Positions 56,053-64,000 of a stretch of DNA of 64,000 bases are shown piece by piece. The position numbers were made by a program, and so were the translations under genes. This stretch comes from Achromobacter sp. (lineage in GTDB: Bacteria > Pseudomonadota > Gammaproteobacteria > Burkholderiales > Burkholderiaceae_B), in assembly GCA_032153965.1 (NCBI GenBank), contig JALDYL010000007.1:172-64171 (forward strand), written 5' to 3'. The notes below the pieces were generated by a model that saw nothing but the letters and a program-made list of their open reading frames with translations, had not been told where the DNA came from and searched no databases. Numbering within the stretch: position 1 is the stretch's first letter; every line of letters begins with the position of its first letter.

Positions 56053-57252
56053 TCAGCCCGGCGAGCCACCCGCCGTCCAATCGCCCAGGATTTGCTGCGC
56101 GTGCTCGTTCAGACGGGGCGGCGGCCTGCGGTACGAAACCGGCGTGGCGGACAGCTTCAGCGGGTTTGCCAGCAGGTTCAGCTCGCCGCCTTGCGCCCAG
56201 GCGCAGGGCATGCGCAGATGCGCACCGCGCGCCTGGACGTGCGGATCGTTGAACACATCGCGCAGGTCGTTGACCGGGCCGCAAGGCACGCCCACGGCTT
56301 CCAGCTGTTCCAGCCAGGCCTGTCTGGCGCGCAGGGCCAGCGCTTCCTGTACCCGCTGGCAGAGTTCCGCGCGATGGGCGACCCGGGCGGCATTGGTTGC
56401 ATAGCGCGCGTCGTCGGCCAGGCTGGCCACGCCCGCGACCTCGCAGAAACGCCGGAACTGCGCATCGTTGCCCACGGCAAGAATCATGGGGCCGTCCGCG
56501 GCGTCGAACACCTGGTAAGGCACGATGTTGGGATGGCCGTTGCCCAGGCGCGCGGGCGGTTCCTGCTCTGCCAGATAGTTGGTTCCGGCGTTCACCAGCC
56601 AGGCAATCTGGCTGTCCAGCAGCGAGATGTCGATGTGCTGCCCATGGCCGGTCAAGTCGCGGTGGCGCAGCGCCGCCAGGATGCCGACCGCGGCGTACAT
56701 GCCGGTCATGACGTCGGCGATGCCCACGCCTACCTTCATGGGCGTACCCTGCGGCTCGCCGGTAAGGCTCATGATCCCGCCCATGCCCTGGATCAGGAAG
56801 TCGTAGCCCGCGCGCTTGGCGTAGGGACCGGTCTGCCCGAATCCGGTGATGGAGCAATAGACCAGGCGCGGGTACCTGTTCTTGAGCTGCGCATAGTCCA
56901 GCCCATGCTTGGCCAGGCCGCCGACCTTGTAGTTCTCGACCAGCACGTCGGCATGCGCCAGCAGCTGATGCAGCGCGTCCCGCCCAGACTCGGTGGCGAT
57001 ATCCAGCGCGATGGACCGCTTGTTGCGGTTGGCGCTCAGGTAGTAGGCGCTTTCGGCGGTCGCGCGTCCGTCCTGATCGTTGATGTAGGGCGGCCCCCAT
57101 TTCCGGGTGTCATCGCCCTCATCCGGCTTTTCCACCTTGACCACGTCCGCGCCCAGGTCGCCCAGCAGCTGCGTCGCGCTGGGGCCCGCCAGGATGCGCG
57201 AGAGGTCCAGCACACGCACGCCCTTGAGCGCGGAAGCTTCCACTGACTGCAT
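56053..57252 (-). CDS. Family III (CaiB/BaiF) CoA-transferase, probable 3-sulfinopropionate CoA-transferase (Act-like)
   Basis: VLDLSRILAGP, GDDTR.WGPP, NRNKRS, ITGFGQTGP, GYD, IADVMTG; adjacent to acdA. Confidence 0.85.
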   Translation of the reverse strand: MQSVEASALKGVRVLDLSRILAGPSATQLLGDLGADVVKVEKPDEGDDTRKWGPPYINDQDGRATAESAYYLSANRNKRSIALDIATESGRDALHQLLAHADVLVENYKVGGLAKHGLDYAQLKNRYPRLVYCSITGFGQTGPYAKRAGYDFLIQGMGGIMSLTGEPQGTPMKVGVGIADVMTGMYAAVGILAALRHRDLTGHGQHIDISLLDSQIAWLVNAGTNYLAEQEPPARLGNGHPNIVPYQVFDAADGPMILAVGNDAQFRRFCEVAGVASLADDARYATNAARVAHRAELCQRVQEALALRARQAWLEQLEAVGVPCGPVNDLRDVFNDPHVQARGAHLRMPCAWAQGGELNLLANPLKLSATPVSYRRPPPRLNEHAQQILGDWTAGGSPG

Positions 57253-57372
57253 ACGCCTTCTCCATCAGAGTCGATCGATGCAGTCTAGAATTCGCAATCT
57301 TCACCTTCAATTGAGTTTTTTTTCAATATGAAGGGAAGCTTGGCGCACAAGCCGGATGGTCGATGCGCGGCG

Positions 57373-58290
57373 TTACTTGACCGGGAACTTCAGTTTGGGC
57401 CCGGCCTCCCTGACCATCGCCCAGAAGGCGTGCGCGGCCGGCGACAGCTTGCGCTCGTTGAGGCAGGCCAAACCGATCCTGCGCTTGGAGGCGGGGCTGA
57501 TCTTGCGGTAGACCAGCCCGTCGTAGGCCTGCGGCAGCACCAGCGACGCCAGCACGGAGATGCCCTGTCCGCGCCTGACGAACTCCAGGATGGACATGAT
57601 CTGCGAGAGGTCGTGCGCGATATGCGGCTTGGCGCCCGCCCGCTCGAACATGCGCGTAATGACGGGCTGCGAACCGGCGCGCGTCATGATCAGGGGATAG
57701 TCGATCAGATCCTTCACCGCGATGGCCTTGCGTTCGGCCAGCGGGTGGCCGGCAGGAAGCACCACCATCAGTTCATCGGTGACCAGCGGCAGCGTGTCGA
57801 AATCGGGTTTCGGCAAGGCCACCACGCCGATTTCGATGCGGCGCTCGACCAGCGCGCGCTCCAGCTCAGGGTCCGGTTTCTCGGTAACGAAGACGTCGAC
57901 GCCCGGATAGCGCGCTTTGAACATTTCCAGCAGCTGCGGCAGGATGTTCAGGGAGGAACTCGCGCCCAGGGAACCGAGATTCAGCAGCCCCGCACGCAGG
58001 CCCGCGCTGGCGCTGGCCGTCGCCCGCACGATCTGCAGGGAAGCGAACACATCCCTGACATGCGGCAGGATCTGCTGCCCGGCATAGGTCAGCAGCACGC
58101 CCGGCGCATTGCGGTCGAGCAAGGGCGCCCCCAGCGTGGCCTCCAGCGTGCGCAGGGCGTGACTGGTGGCCGAGGGCGTCATGCCCAGCCGCGCGCCGGC
58201 GCCCGCGATGCTGTCGGCGGACGCCAGGGAAATCAACAGTTCCAGCTGTCTGAGGGAGAGGGATTTTGCTGCCTGATCCGGCATGGCCAT
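57373..58290 (-). CDS. LysR-family regulator
   Basis: LRQLE...SIAGAG..LGMTPSA.SH....LE..LG. Confidence 0.9.
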   Translation of the reverse strand: MAMPDQAAKSLSLRQLELLISLASADSIAGAGARLGMTPSATSHALRTLEATLGAPLLDRNAPGVLLTYAGQQILPHVRDVFASLQIVRATASASAGLRAGLLNLGSLGASSSLNILPQLLEMFKARYPGVDVFVTEKPDPELERALVERRIEIGVVALPKPDFDTLPLVTDELMVVLPAGHPLAERKAIAVKDLIDYPLIMTRAGSQPVITRMFERAGAKPHIAHDLSQIMSILEFVRRGQGISVLASLVLPQAYDGLVYRKISPASKRRIGLACLNERKLSPAAHAFWAMVREAGPKLKFPVK

Positions 58291-58302
58291 GTTTCCTTGG
58301 TG

Positions 58303-59184
58303 CTAACCCGCCAGCGCCTGCGCCAGCCCCAACGCCCGCGCCAGAAACGCCGACGTATCATCCTTGCGGTAACTGACGATCACGGGCGACACAAAAGTAT
58401 CGGCGTCGATCGCAACGTGCGCCACATCCTGCCGCTGCAAGCGCTGCACCGACGCCGGCACCACCGTCACGCCCAGCCCCGCCGCTACCAGGCCGATGGC
58501 GGTCTGCAGTTCGTTGGCCTCCTGCACCACCTGCGGCGCATGTCCCGCCGCGCGGAACAGGCCCAGCACATGGTCGGAGAAGTTCGGACGCGGGCGCGCC
58601 GGATACAGCACGAACGGTTCGCGCGCCAGGCGTTCGACGGACACCCGGCACAGCCGCGCGATCGGATGGCCCAGCGGCACCGCCGCCATCAGCGCTTCGG
58701 TCATCAGCACGCGCCGCTCGATGGCGGGATCGTCGAACAGGATGCGGCCTATGCCCAGGTCGATGCGCCCGGCCTTCAGCGCCTCCAGCTGCGGCAAGGT
58801 GGTCATTTCCGTGAGGCCGACCTCGACCTGCGGATCGGCGTTGCGCAGCTGCCGGATCAGCTCGGGCACGAAGCCGTAGAGCGTGGACGGCACGAAGCCT
58901 ATGCCGAACCAGCGCCGCTGCGTCTGCCCCAGCCGGCGCGTGCCCTCCAGCACCTCTTCCAGGCGCGCGGTCAACAGGCGCGATTGTTCCAGCAGGAAGC
59001 GGCCCGCTTCCGTCAGGCGCAGCGCCCGCGTGGTGCGCTCGAACAGCTGCACGCCAAGTTCTTCCTCGAACAGCCGGATCTGGCGGCTGAGCGGCGGTTG
59101 GGCCATGTGCAGCCGGGCGGCCGCGCGGGTGAAGCTGCCTTCCTCCGCCACGGCCTGGAAATAACGCAGTTGCCTCAGTTGCAT
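58303..59184 (-). CDS. LysR-family regulator, CatR/CatM/BenM-like
   Basis: LRYF.AVAEE.SFTRAA.RLHMAQPPLSRQI, IGFVPSTLYG, ALKAGRID.G.GRI, ELQTAIGLVAAG. Confidence 0.9.
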   Translation of the reverse strand: MQLRQLRYFQAVAEEGSFTRAAARLHMAQPPLSRQIRLFEEELGVQLFERTTRALRLTEAGRFLLEQSRLLTARLEEVLEGTRRLGQTQRRWFGIGFVPSTLYGFVPELIRQLRNADPQVEVGLTEMTTLPQLEALKAGRIDLGIGRILFDDPAIERRVLMTEALMAAVPLGHPIARLCRVSVERLAREPFVLYPARPRPNFSDHVLGLFRAAGHAPQVVQEANELQTAIGLVAAGLGVTVVPASVQRLQRQDVAHVAIDADTFVSPVIVSYRKDDTSAFLARALGLAQALAG

Positions 59185-59199
59185 GGCATGGCCTTATAC

Positions 59200-59265
59200 A
59201 TACCATAAAGGTATCAATCAGAACCCATATAGTCTTGGACTCGCAGGGAAAACGCAAGCCATACT
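59200..59265 (+). promoter_or_regulatory. CatR/BenM-type binding site and divergent promoter
   Basis: ATAC-N7-GTAT at 59200-59214; TTGGAC (59235-59240)-N19-CATACT (59260-59265). Confidence 0.7.
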
Positions 59266-59378
59266 GAGCCATCGCACGAACCTGCTCGTGGAAAGTATGA
59301 ATCGCGGGAACATCTTCCCCCGGCCTGCGGACCATCGGCGCGCGGCGACACAATAATTCCAGCATTACGGAGACCATC

Positions 59379-60365
59379 ATGCGCTTGCGCTCTGCATTCC
59401 AACGACTCGCCCGGGCCTGTTTCGGCCTGGCGCTGCTGGGCGGCGCGTCCGCCGCCCTGGGCCAAACCTATCCCGATCATCCGGTCAAGTGGATCGTGCC
59501 CTTCCCGCCCGGCGGCGCAATGGACAGCATCGCCCGCACCCTGGGCGAATCCATGGGCAAGCAGCTCAACACGACCTTCATCGTGGAAAACCGCGCGGGC
59601 GCCGGCGGCAATATCGGCGCGGCCAGCGTGGCCCGCGCCAAGGCCGACGGCTACACCATCCTGATCGTGGCCAACGGCATGGCCGTCAATCCGGCGCTGT
59701 ATACGGACCTGAACTACGACCCGATCAAGGACTTCGCGCCGATCTCGCTGCTGGCCGTGGTGCCGAACGTGCTGGTCACCAATCCCGCGCGCACCGGCGC
59801 CACCAGCGTGCAGGACGTGATCGCCAAGGCCAAGGCGCAGCCCAATCATTACACCTATGCCTCGGCCGGCGTGGGCACATCCATCCATCTGGCGGGCGAG
59901 CTGTTCCTGTCCATGGCCCAGGTGGACATGCTGCACGTGCCCTACAAGGGCAGCGGCCCCGCCGTGGCCGACCTGCTGGGCGGACAGGTGGATTACATGT
60001 TCGACAGCATCACCTCCGCCAAGCCGCACATCGAAGCCGGCAAGCTGCGCGCGCTGGCCGTGACCACCAGCAAGCGTTCGGCCGCCCTGCCCAATGTCCC
60101 CACCGTGGCCGAAAGCGGCCTGCCTGGCTACGAGCTGATGCCCTGGTTCGCGGCCTTCGCCCCCGCCGGCACGCCGCCGGAAGTGGTGGCCAAGTTGAAC
60201 GCCGCGATGCGCGCGTCGCTGAACGACGCCAAGGTGCGCGCCACGCTGGACTCCATCGGCGCCGAGCCCATCGGCGGCACGCCGGACGAACTGCGCGACC
60301 ACCTGGCGCGCGAGACCGCACAGTGGAAGACGCTGGTGAAGGAACGCAACATCAAGATCAATTGA
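59379..60365 (+). CDS. Bug/TctC substrate-binding protein
   Basis: YP..PV.WIVPFPPGG..D, VENRAGAGG, HVPYKG, PNVPT. Confidence 0.93.
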   Translation: MRLRSAFQRLARACFGLALLGGASAALGQTYPDHPVKWIVPFPPGGAMDSIARTLGESMGKQLNTTFIVENRAGAGGNIGAASVARAKADGYTILIVANGMAVNPALYTDLNYDPIKDFAPISLLAVVPNVLVTNPARTGATSVQDVIAKAKAQPNHYTYASAGVGTSIHLAGELFLSMAQVDMLHVPYKGSGPAVADLLGGQVDYMFDSITSAKPHIEAGKLRALAVTTSKRSAALPNVPTVAESGLPGYELMPWFAAFAPAGTPPEVVAKLNAAMRASLNDAKVRATLDSIGAEPIGGTPDELRDHLARETAQWKTLVKERNIKIN

Positions 60366-60461
60366 CGACGGCGCAACCTCCGTCCGCCCGCATGTGATTA
60401 CCGTCAACGTCCCCCCCGGTCGAACAATGCTAAATTCGGCTTCGACCAAGACGGAGGCGGC

Positions 60462-60845
60462 ATGTCTGAACGTTCCATCATCAGAAAGGGAGATCGGACT
60501 TCGCACGGCGGGACCGTAGCCGAGGGCCACCCTACCTCGATGCTTCTTGGGCGCGAGATCGCCTTGGTGGGGCATAAAGTCACATGCCCGAAATGCAAGG
60601 GCGCCTTTCCCATCGTGGCCGATCCGGGACGCAATCATTCATTCATGGGCCAGGACACTGCCGTGGAGGGGATGCGCACCGCCTGCGGCGCCGTACTGAT
60701 AGCGTCGCAGATGGTGGCGCGCATCGGCATGGCCCAAGGATTGTCTGATCCCGCTCCAATGGCCACCGCGCAGAGCGACACGCTGTGCCAGGAGTGCCTG
60801 GAGGCCGCTGCCCGCAATGCCGCAACCACCGTGGCGCGAGGGTAG
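60462..60845 (+). CDS. PAAR domain protein (T6SS spike tip) with short C-terminal extension
   Basis: GDRTSHGG.V, GH.V.CPKC.G.FPI, A.EG..TACGA.LIAS. Confidence 0.9.
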   Translation: MSERSIIRKGDRTSHGGTVAEGHPTSMLLGREIALVGHKVTCPKCKGAFPIVADPGRNHSFMGQDTAVEGMRTACGAVLIASQMVARIGMAQGLSDPAPMATAQSDTLCQECLEAAARNAATTVARG

Positions 60846-60849
60846 AACG

Positions 60850-61356
60850 GTGACGATACAGGCAGAGGAGTACTTCGCGGCCCGTCTGCAGCGAACGCAT
60901 TTCCCCTTGCGGCTTTACGGTCTGGTCGACGCGCTGCTGCACGCACAGGTGTCGGCCACCCATCCCTTATCCCGCTCCTCATCTTGCGTGGCGCTGTTCG
61001 ACGGCACGCCTGATGAAGCTCTGGCTCATGCCGGTCCATGGCTGCTGGATTGCTCCACCGATCGGAGCACGCGCATCCCTGCCCTGCAATGCCTGGCCGA
61101 AAGCGAGCTTGGATGCACCTGGATCGTCAGCGGCTACGCAATGGACGATCTGGCCGAAGCGCTGCGGGCGCGATTGAACGTGCGCATGCCCAACGGGGCA
61201 ACTGCCTTGCTGCGCTATTACGACGCAAGAATTACGGACGACATTGCAGCGCTGCTGACCCCCGAGCAACGGGCCGCGTTCTTTGCCCCCGTCCAGGACT
61301 GGCTGGTGGAACGCAACGGCAAACTCATCAGGATCCATTCCGCCCATGGTGCTTGA
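60850..61356 (+). CDS. DUF4123 T6SS effector chaperone (TecT-like)
   Basis: LYGLVD, GPWLL, LLRYYDARI, FF.PV..W; GTG 60850. Confidence 0.87.
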   Translation: MTIQAEEYFAARLQRTHFPLRLYGLVDALLHAQVSATHPLSRSSSCVALFDGTPDEALAHAGPWLLDCSTDRSTRIPALQCLAESELGCTWIVSGYAMDDLAEALRARLNVRMPNGATALLRYYDARITDDIAALLTPEQRAAFFAPVQDWLVERNGKLIRIHSAHGA

Positions 61357-61702
61357 ATTCACTCCACAGCAAGTCGCCGGCCTCTGTGCGATCGACGCCA
61401 AGGGTTTTTTGCACGGGGTCGAGCAGGACATCCTGCGAGACTATCCCGGGCTGGCCGAGGCTGGCTTGAGCGAAAGACTCGCCACAGCCCTTGCGCGGGC
61501 GCGGGCCTTGGGGATAGACGAGGACGCGAATCTTGTCGACTTTCTCCGGACCGAGGCGCTGGTTCCTGGATTCCATGAACAGCCCGGGTTCCTTGCCTGG
61601 ATCCGCAAGCCCGGACGCCCTGCGGATCAACGGTTCCATGACTATATGCAAGTGATGAAATGGCAATCGCGCCAACAGCTCCGACAAGAGCAAAGGGAGT
61701 AA
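61346..61702 (+). CDS. Small hypothetical protein, probable co-chaperone (co-TecT position)
   Basis: 118-aa ORF between DUF4123 and the toxin; ATG 61346. Confidence 0.65.
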   Translation: MVLEFTPQQVAGLCAIDAKGFLHGVEQDILRDYPGLAEAGLSERLATALARARALGIDEDANLVDFLRTEALVPGFHEQPGFLAWIRKPGRPADQRFHDYMQVMKWQSRQQLRQEQRE

Positions 61703-61708
61703 GGGAGA

Positions 61709-62335
61709 ATGCCAGGACCTCTTGCAATACCGATCGCGGGATGGGTAGCGGAAGCCATAGCGGCAGCGCTTGCCCGGGCGGCGGCAAGCGCCGCGGCAGG
61801 CGCAGTGCTGGGAGGCGTGGCCACTTTGCCGGGCGATACGCCTCGGGAAGACAGTGAAGCCAAACCCACCGACCGCGCCTTGCCCAGGACTGAAGAACCC
61901 TGCAAGAAATGCCCGCCGGACCTGGGGATGAAAGTCAGGCGCAGGCATGGGGAAAATTGGAACGCCTACGCATATCAGGCCAGGATTACCGGATTCGACT
62001 ACGACACGGAGTATTGTTTGTGGAGCGATGAATGGAACTGGCAGGGGGGAGCTCACGGCGGCGGGTTCGACATCGATTTCGACGGCTTTGTGTCGACGGA
62101 ATGCCTGCTGCAGGAGACCAAAGGAAACTACGACAGTTTCATCGATGAGGACGGCGAGCAAGCAGGTTGGTTTGGCGGCTTCAAGACCATGCGCTTACAA
62201 GCCAGCCGCCAGGCAGGCGCGGTTCGCATCAACCCTCCAACAAGATTGAGATGGTATTTCCAAACGCCTAGAACGCAGGCGCTGCTGCGGCAGTTGCTGA
62301 ACAGCCTGGGTGCAGAATCTGTAGTTGTTCCCTGA
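61709..62335 (+). CDS. Tox-REase-5 nuclease toxin (TseT-like T6SS effector)
   Basis: CKKCPP, YQARITG, FDGF...C.LQETKGNY, QA.RQ, LRWYF. Confidence 0.9.
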   Translation: MPGPLAIPIAGWVAEAIAAALARAAASAAAGAVLGGVATLPGDTPREDSEAKPTDRALPRTEEPCKKCPPDLGMKVRRRHGENWNAYAYQARITGFDYDTEYCLWSDEWNWQGGAHGGGFDIDFDGFVSTECLLQETKGNYDSFIDEDGEQAGWFGGFKTMRLQASRQAGAVRINPPTRLRWYFQTPRTQALLRQLLNSLGAESVVVP

Positions 62336-62345
62336 CGAGAAAGAC

Positions 62346-63062
62346 ATGCTTATCACATGCCAATTTGAAGACCCGACACATCAGTCCGCCGATTTTCCGG
62401 AAATGCTTCGTCGACTGCACGCGATCACGAAGCTGCTGGCTGACAAATCCGACGGATTGACGGAGTGGTTCTCGCAGGGTGAGTCAATTGACGAAGCCAG
62501 GTTGTATCCTGCATTCGAGGGCGACGAACCCTCGAATGCGTTTCTTGCCGTGTTGAACAACGAATATCGGCTTGACCGGTCGTTTACTGCCATCTCTATT
62601 TGGAATGGCGCTGAAGAACAACGCAACAGCGTAGTTCTTGAGTTGCAGGGCAACGATAGGGGCGCGCCGTGCACTTTGACCATCTCTTACCATAAGCGAC
62701 GCGACGACCGCTTTGGCGGCGCCGCCTCGGTGAAGGACATCGTCGCCGCGGTCGCCCAGCTCTTCGCCGCGCAGTACGTAACCGTCTCGCCACGCTACTA
62801 CGACGAAAAGCAGGTTTTCGACGACAAACCTGGCGTCGGCTGGATGCTTTACCTTCCCCAAGTGATCACCCCCGAGCAAGTCCCGGAAGCGCAGGCTCTG
62901 ATTCCCGTTCCCGCCGCCGGCAAGAAACAGACCGGCACCATCATCGTCAGCGTCGCGAACGAAGTGTTTTCGCTGGACAACGCCGGCCATGTCGAATTGG
63001 CGAATCGCATAGAAATGCGCCTGGTGGACCAGGACCTGCTGCCGCGCTATGCGGATCTCTAG
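62346..63062 (+). CDS. Imm52-family immunity protein (TsiT-like)
   Basis: ISIWNG, VFDDKPGVGWMLYLP, VPEA..LIPV, GTIIVSV, IE.RLVDQDLLP. Confidence 0.88.
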   Translation: MLITCQFEDPTHQSADFPEMLRRLHAITKLLADKSDGLTEWFSQGESIDEARLYPAFEGDEPSNAFLAVLNNEYRLDRSFTAISIWNGAEEQRNSVVLELQGNDRGAPCTLTISYHKRRDDRFGGAASVKDIVAAVAQLFAAQYVTVSPRYYDEKQVFDDKPGVGWMLYLPQVITPEQVPEAQALIPVPAAGKKQTGTIIVSVANEVFSLDNAGHVELANRIEMRLVDQDLLPRYADL

Positions 63063-64000
63063 TCAGACCCACGCTGCTTGAGCCTCGTCCCGCCCCACGG
63101 ATACCCATCGAACGTGTCCTTCACCAGTTCCCGCAACCAGATGATCGCCGGATCCTGGTGAAAACGCGGATGCCAATGCTGGCGCAGCGCAAAGGACGGC
63201 AGCGGCAGCGGCGGCTCCAGCACCTTGACCACGCCGTAGCCGCCGAACACATTGCCCAATTCCTGCGGCACCGTGGCGATCAGGTCCGGGTGCTGGTCCA
63301 GCAATAGCGGCACCACCAGGAAGTGCGGCGTGGACAGGAAGATGTTGCGCTTGACGCCCTGCTCTTCCAGCGCGCTGTCATAGGCTTCGGACGAGCGGCC
63401 GGCCAAGGTCACCACGATCTGCGGCATGCGCTGGAACTGTTCCAGCGTCAGTTCATCGCCCACCTCCTTGTTCTTCACGCTGACCAGGGTCACGAAGCGA
63501 TGCATGAAGAGCTGCTGCTGAAACAGGCCCTGCGGCGCCGCGCGCAGCGATCCCAGCACCAGGTCCACCTCGCCCGAGGCCAACAGCGGCTCGACCTGCT
63601 GCAGCGGCACCTGGCGCGTGCGCAGGGTGCAATGTGGCGCCAGTTCCCGCAGGCGCTTGATCAGCGGCGGCAGGAACACCAGCTCGCCCATGTCCGTCAT
63701 GCACAAGGTGAACACGCGCATGGCCGAGGCCGGATCGAACTGCGCCTGCGACAGCACCTGTCCGCGTATGGTCGCCATCAGCGCCAGGATGGTGGGCGCC
63801 AGGCTCTCGGACTTGGGGGTGGGCTGCATGCCCTGGCCGGTCTTCACGAACAGCGGATCGTCGAAGAATGCGCGCAAGCGGTTCACGGCGTGGCTCATGG
63901 CGCTTTGCGACAGGCCTAGCTGTTCGCCGGCGCGGGTCACGCTGCGTTCACGCATCAGGCTGTCGAAGACGGCGAGCAGGTTGAGATCTAGTTTCTCGTT
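63059..64000 (-). CDS. LysR-family regulator (NahR/DntR-like), start lies beyond the window
   Basis: Frame stays open to 64000: NEKLDLNLLAVFDSLMRERSVTRAG. Confidence 0.9.
   Translation of the reverse strand, partial: NEKLDLNLLAVFDSLMRERSVTRAGEQLGLSQSAMSHAVNRLRAFFDDPLFVKTGQGMQPTPKSESLAPTILALMATIRGQVLSQAQFDPASAMRVFTLCMTDMGELVFLPPLIKRLRELAPHCTLRTRQVPLQQVEPLLASGEVDLVLGSLRAAPQGLFQQQLFMHRFVTLVSVKNKEVGDELTLEQFQRMPQIVVTLAGRSSEAYDSALEEQGVKRNIFLSTPHFLVVPLLLDQHPDLIATVPQELGNVFGGYGVVKVLEPPLPLPSFALRQHWHPRFHQDPAIIWLRELVKDTFDGYPWGGTRLKQRGSD

Noticed and set aside
1-64000. rRNA, tRNA, CRISPR arrays, IS elements, prophage genes
   Set aside because: None seen; intergenic gaps are short and no integrase, transposase or phage-like ORFs were recognised

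Overview
GC-rich betaproteobacterial chromosomal segment, most consistent with Achromobacter/Bordetella (three Bug/TctC-type binding proteins, many LysR regulators). About 66 genes; I found no rRNA, tRNA, CRISPR array or transposase/integrase. From left to right: an amino-acid ABC transporter end; an IclR-controlled 9-gene aromatic catabolic operon (arylsulfatase, MhpA-like hydroxylase, single-domain VOC dioxygenase, Asp-box propeller, DUF1185); a CoA-ligase/thiolase-like/DUF35 module; argC with a LysR; a MarR flanked by ClC-CBS and HPP-CBS transporters that share an operator; a two-component system plus GlcG/HbpS protein sharing a 7-2-7 palindrome; an orphan PD-(D/E)xK-like protein; a roughly 20 kb block (28033-47545) that looks like a Cbl/CysB-family sulfur-starvation regulon; an accessory patch; a 3-sulfinopropionyl-CoA (Act/AcdA) cluster; a CatR-like regulator with an orphan Bug; and a PAAR-DUF4123-Tox-REase-5-Imm52 T6SS effector cassette. 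The best candidate for an undescribed system is the sulfur block. Four of its promoters share the same 54-bp architecture, several of its proteins are almost free of Cys/Met, and it contains a thiol-dioxygenase/four-rhodanese fusion, a C-S lyase and an uncharacterised 9-gene operon. All family assignments are from motif recognition by eye; no searches were run.
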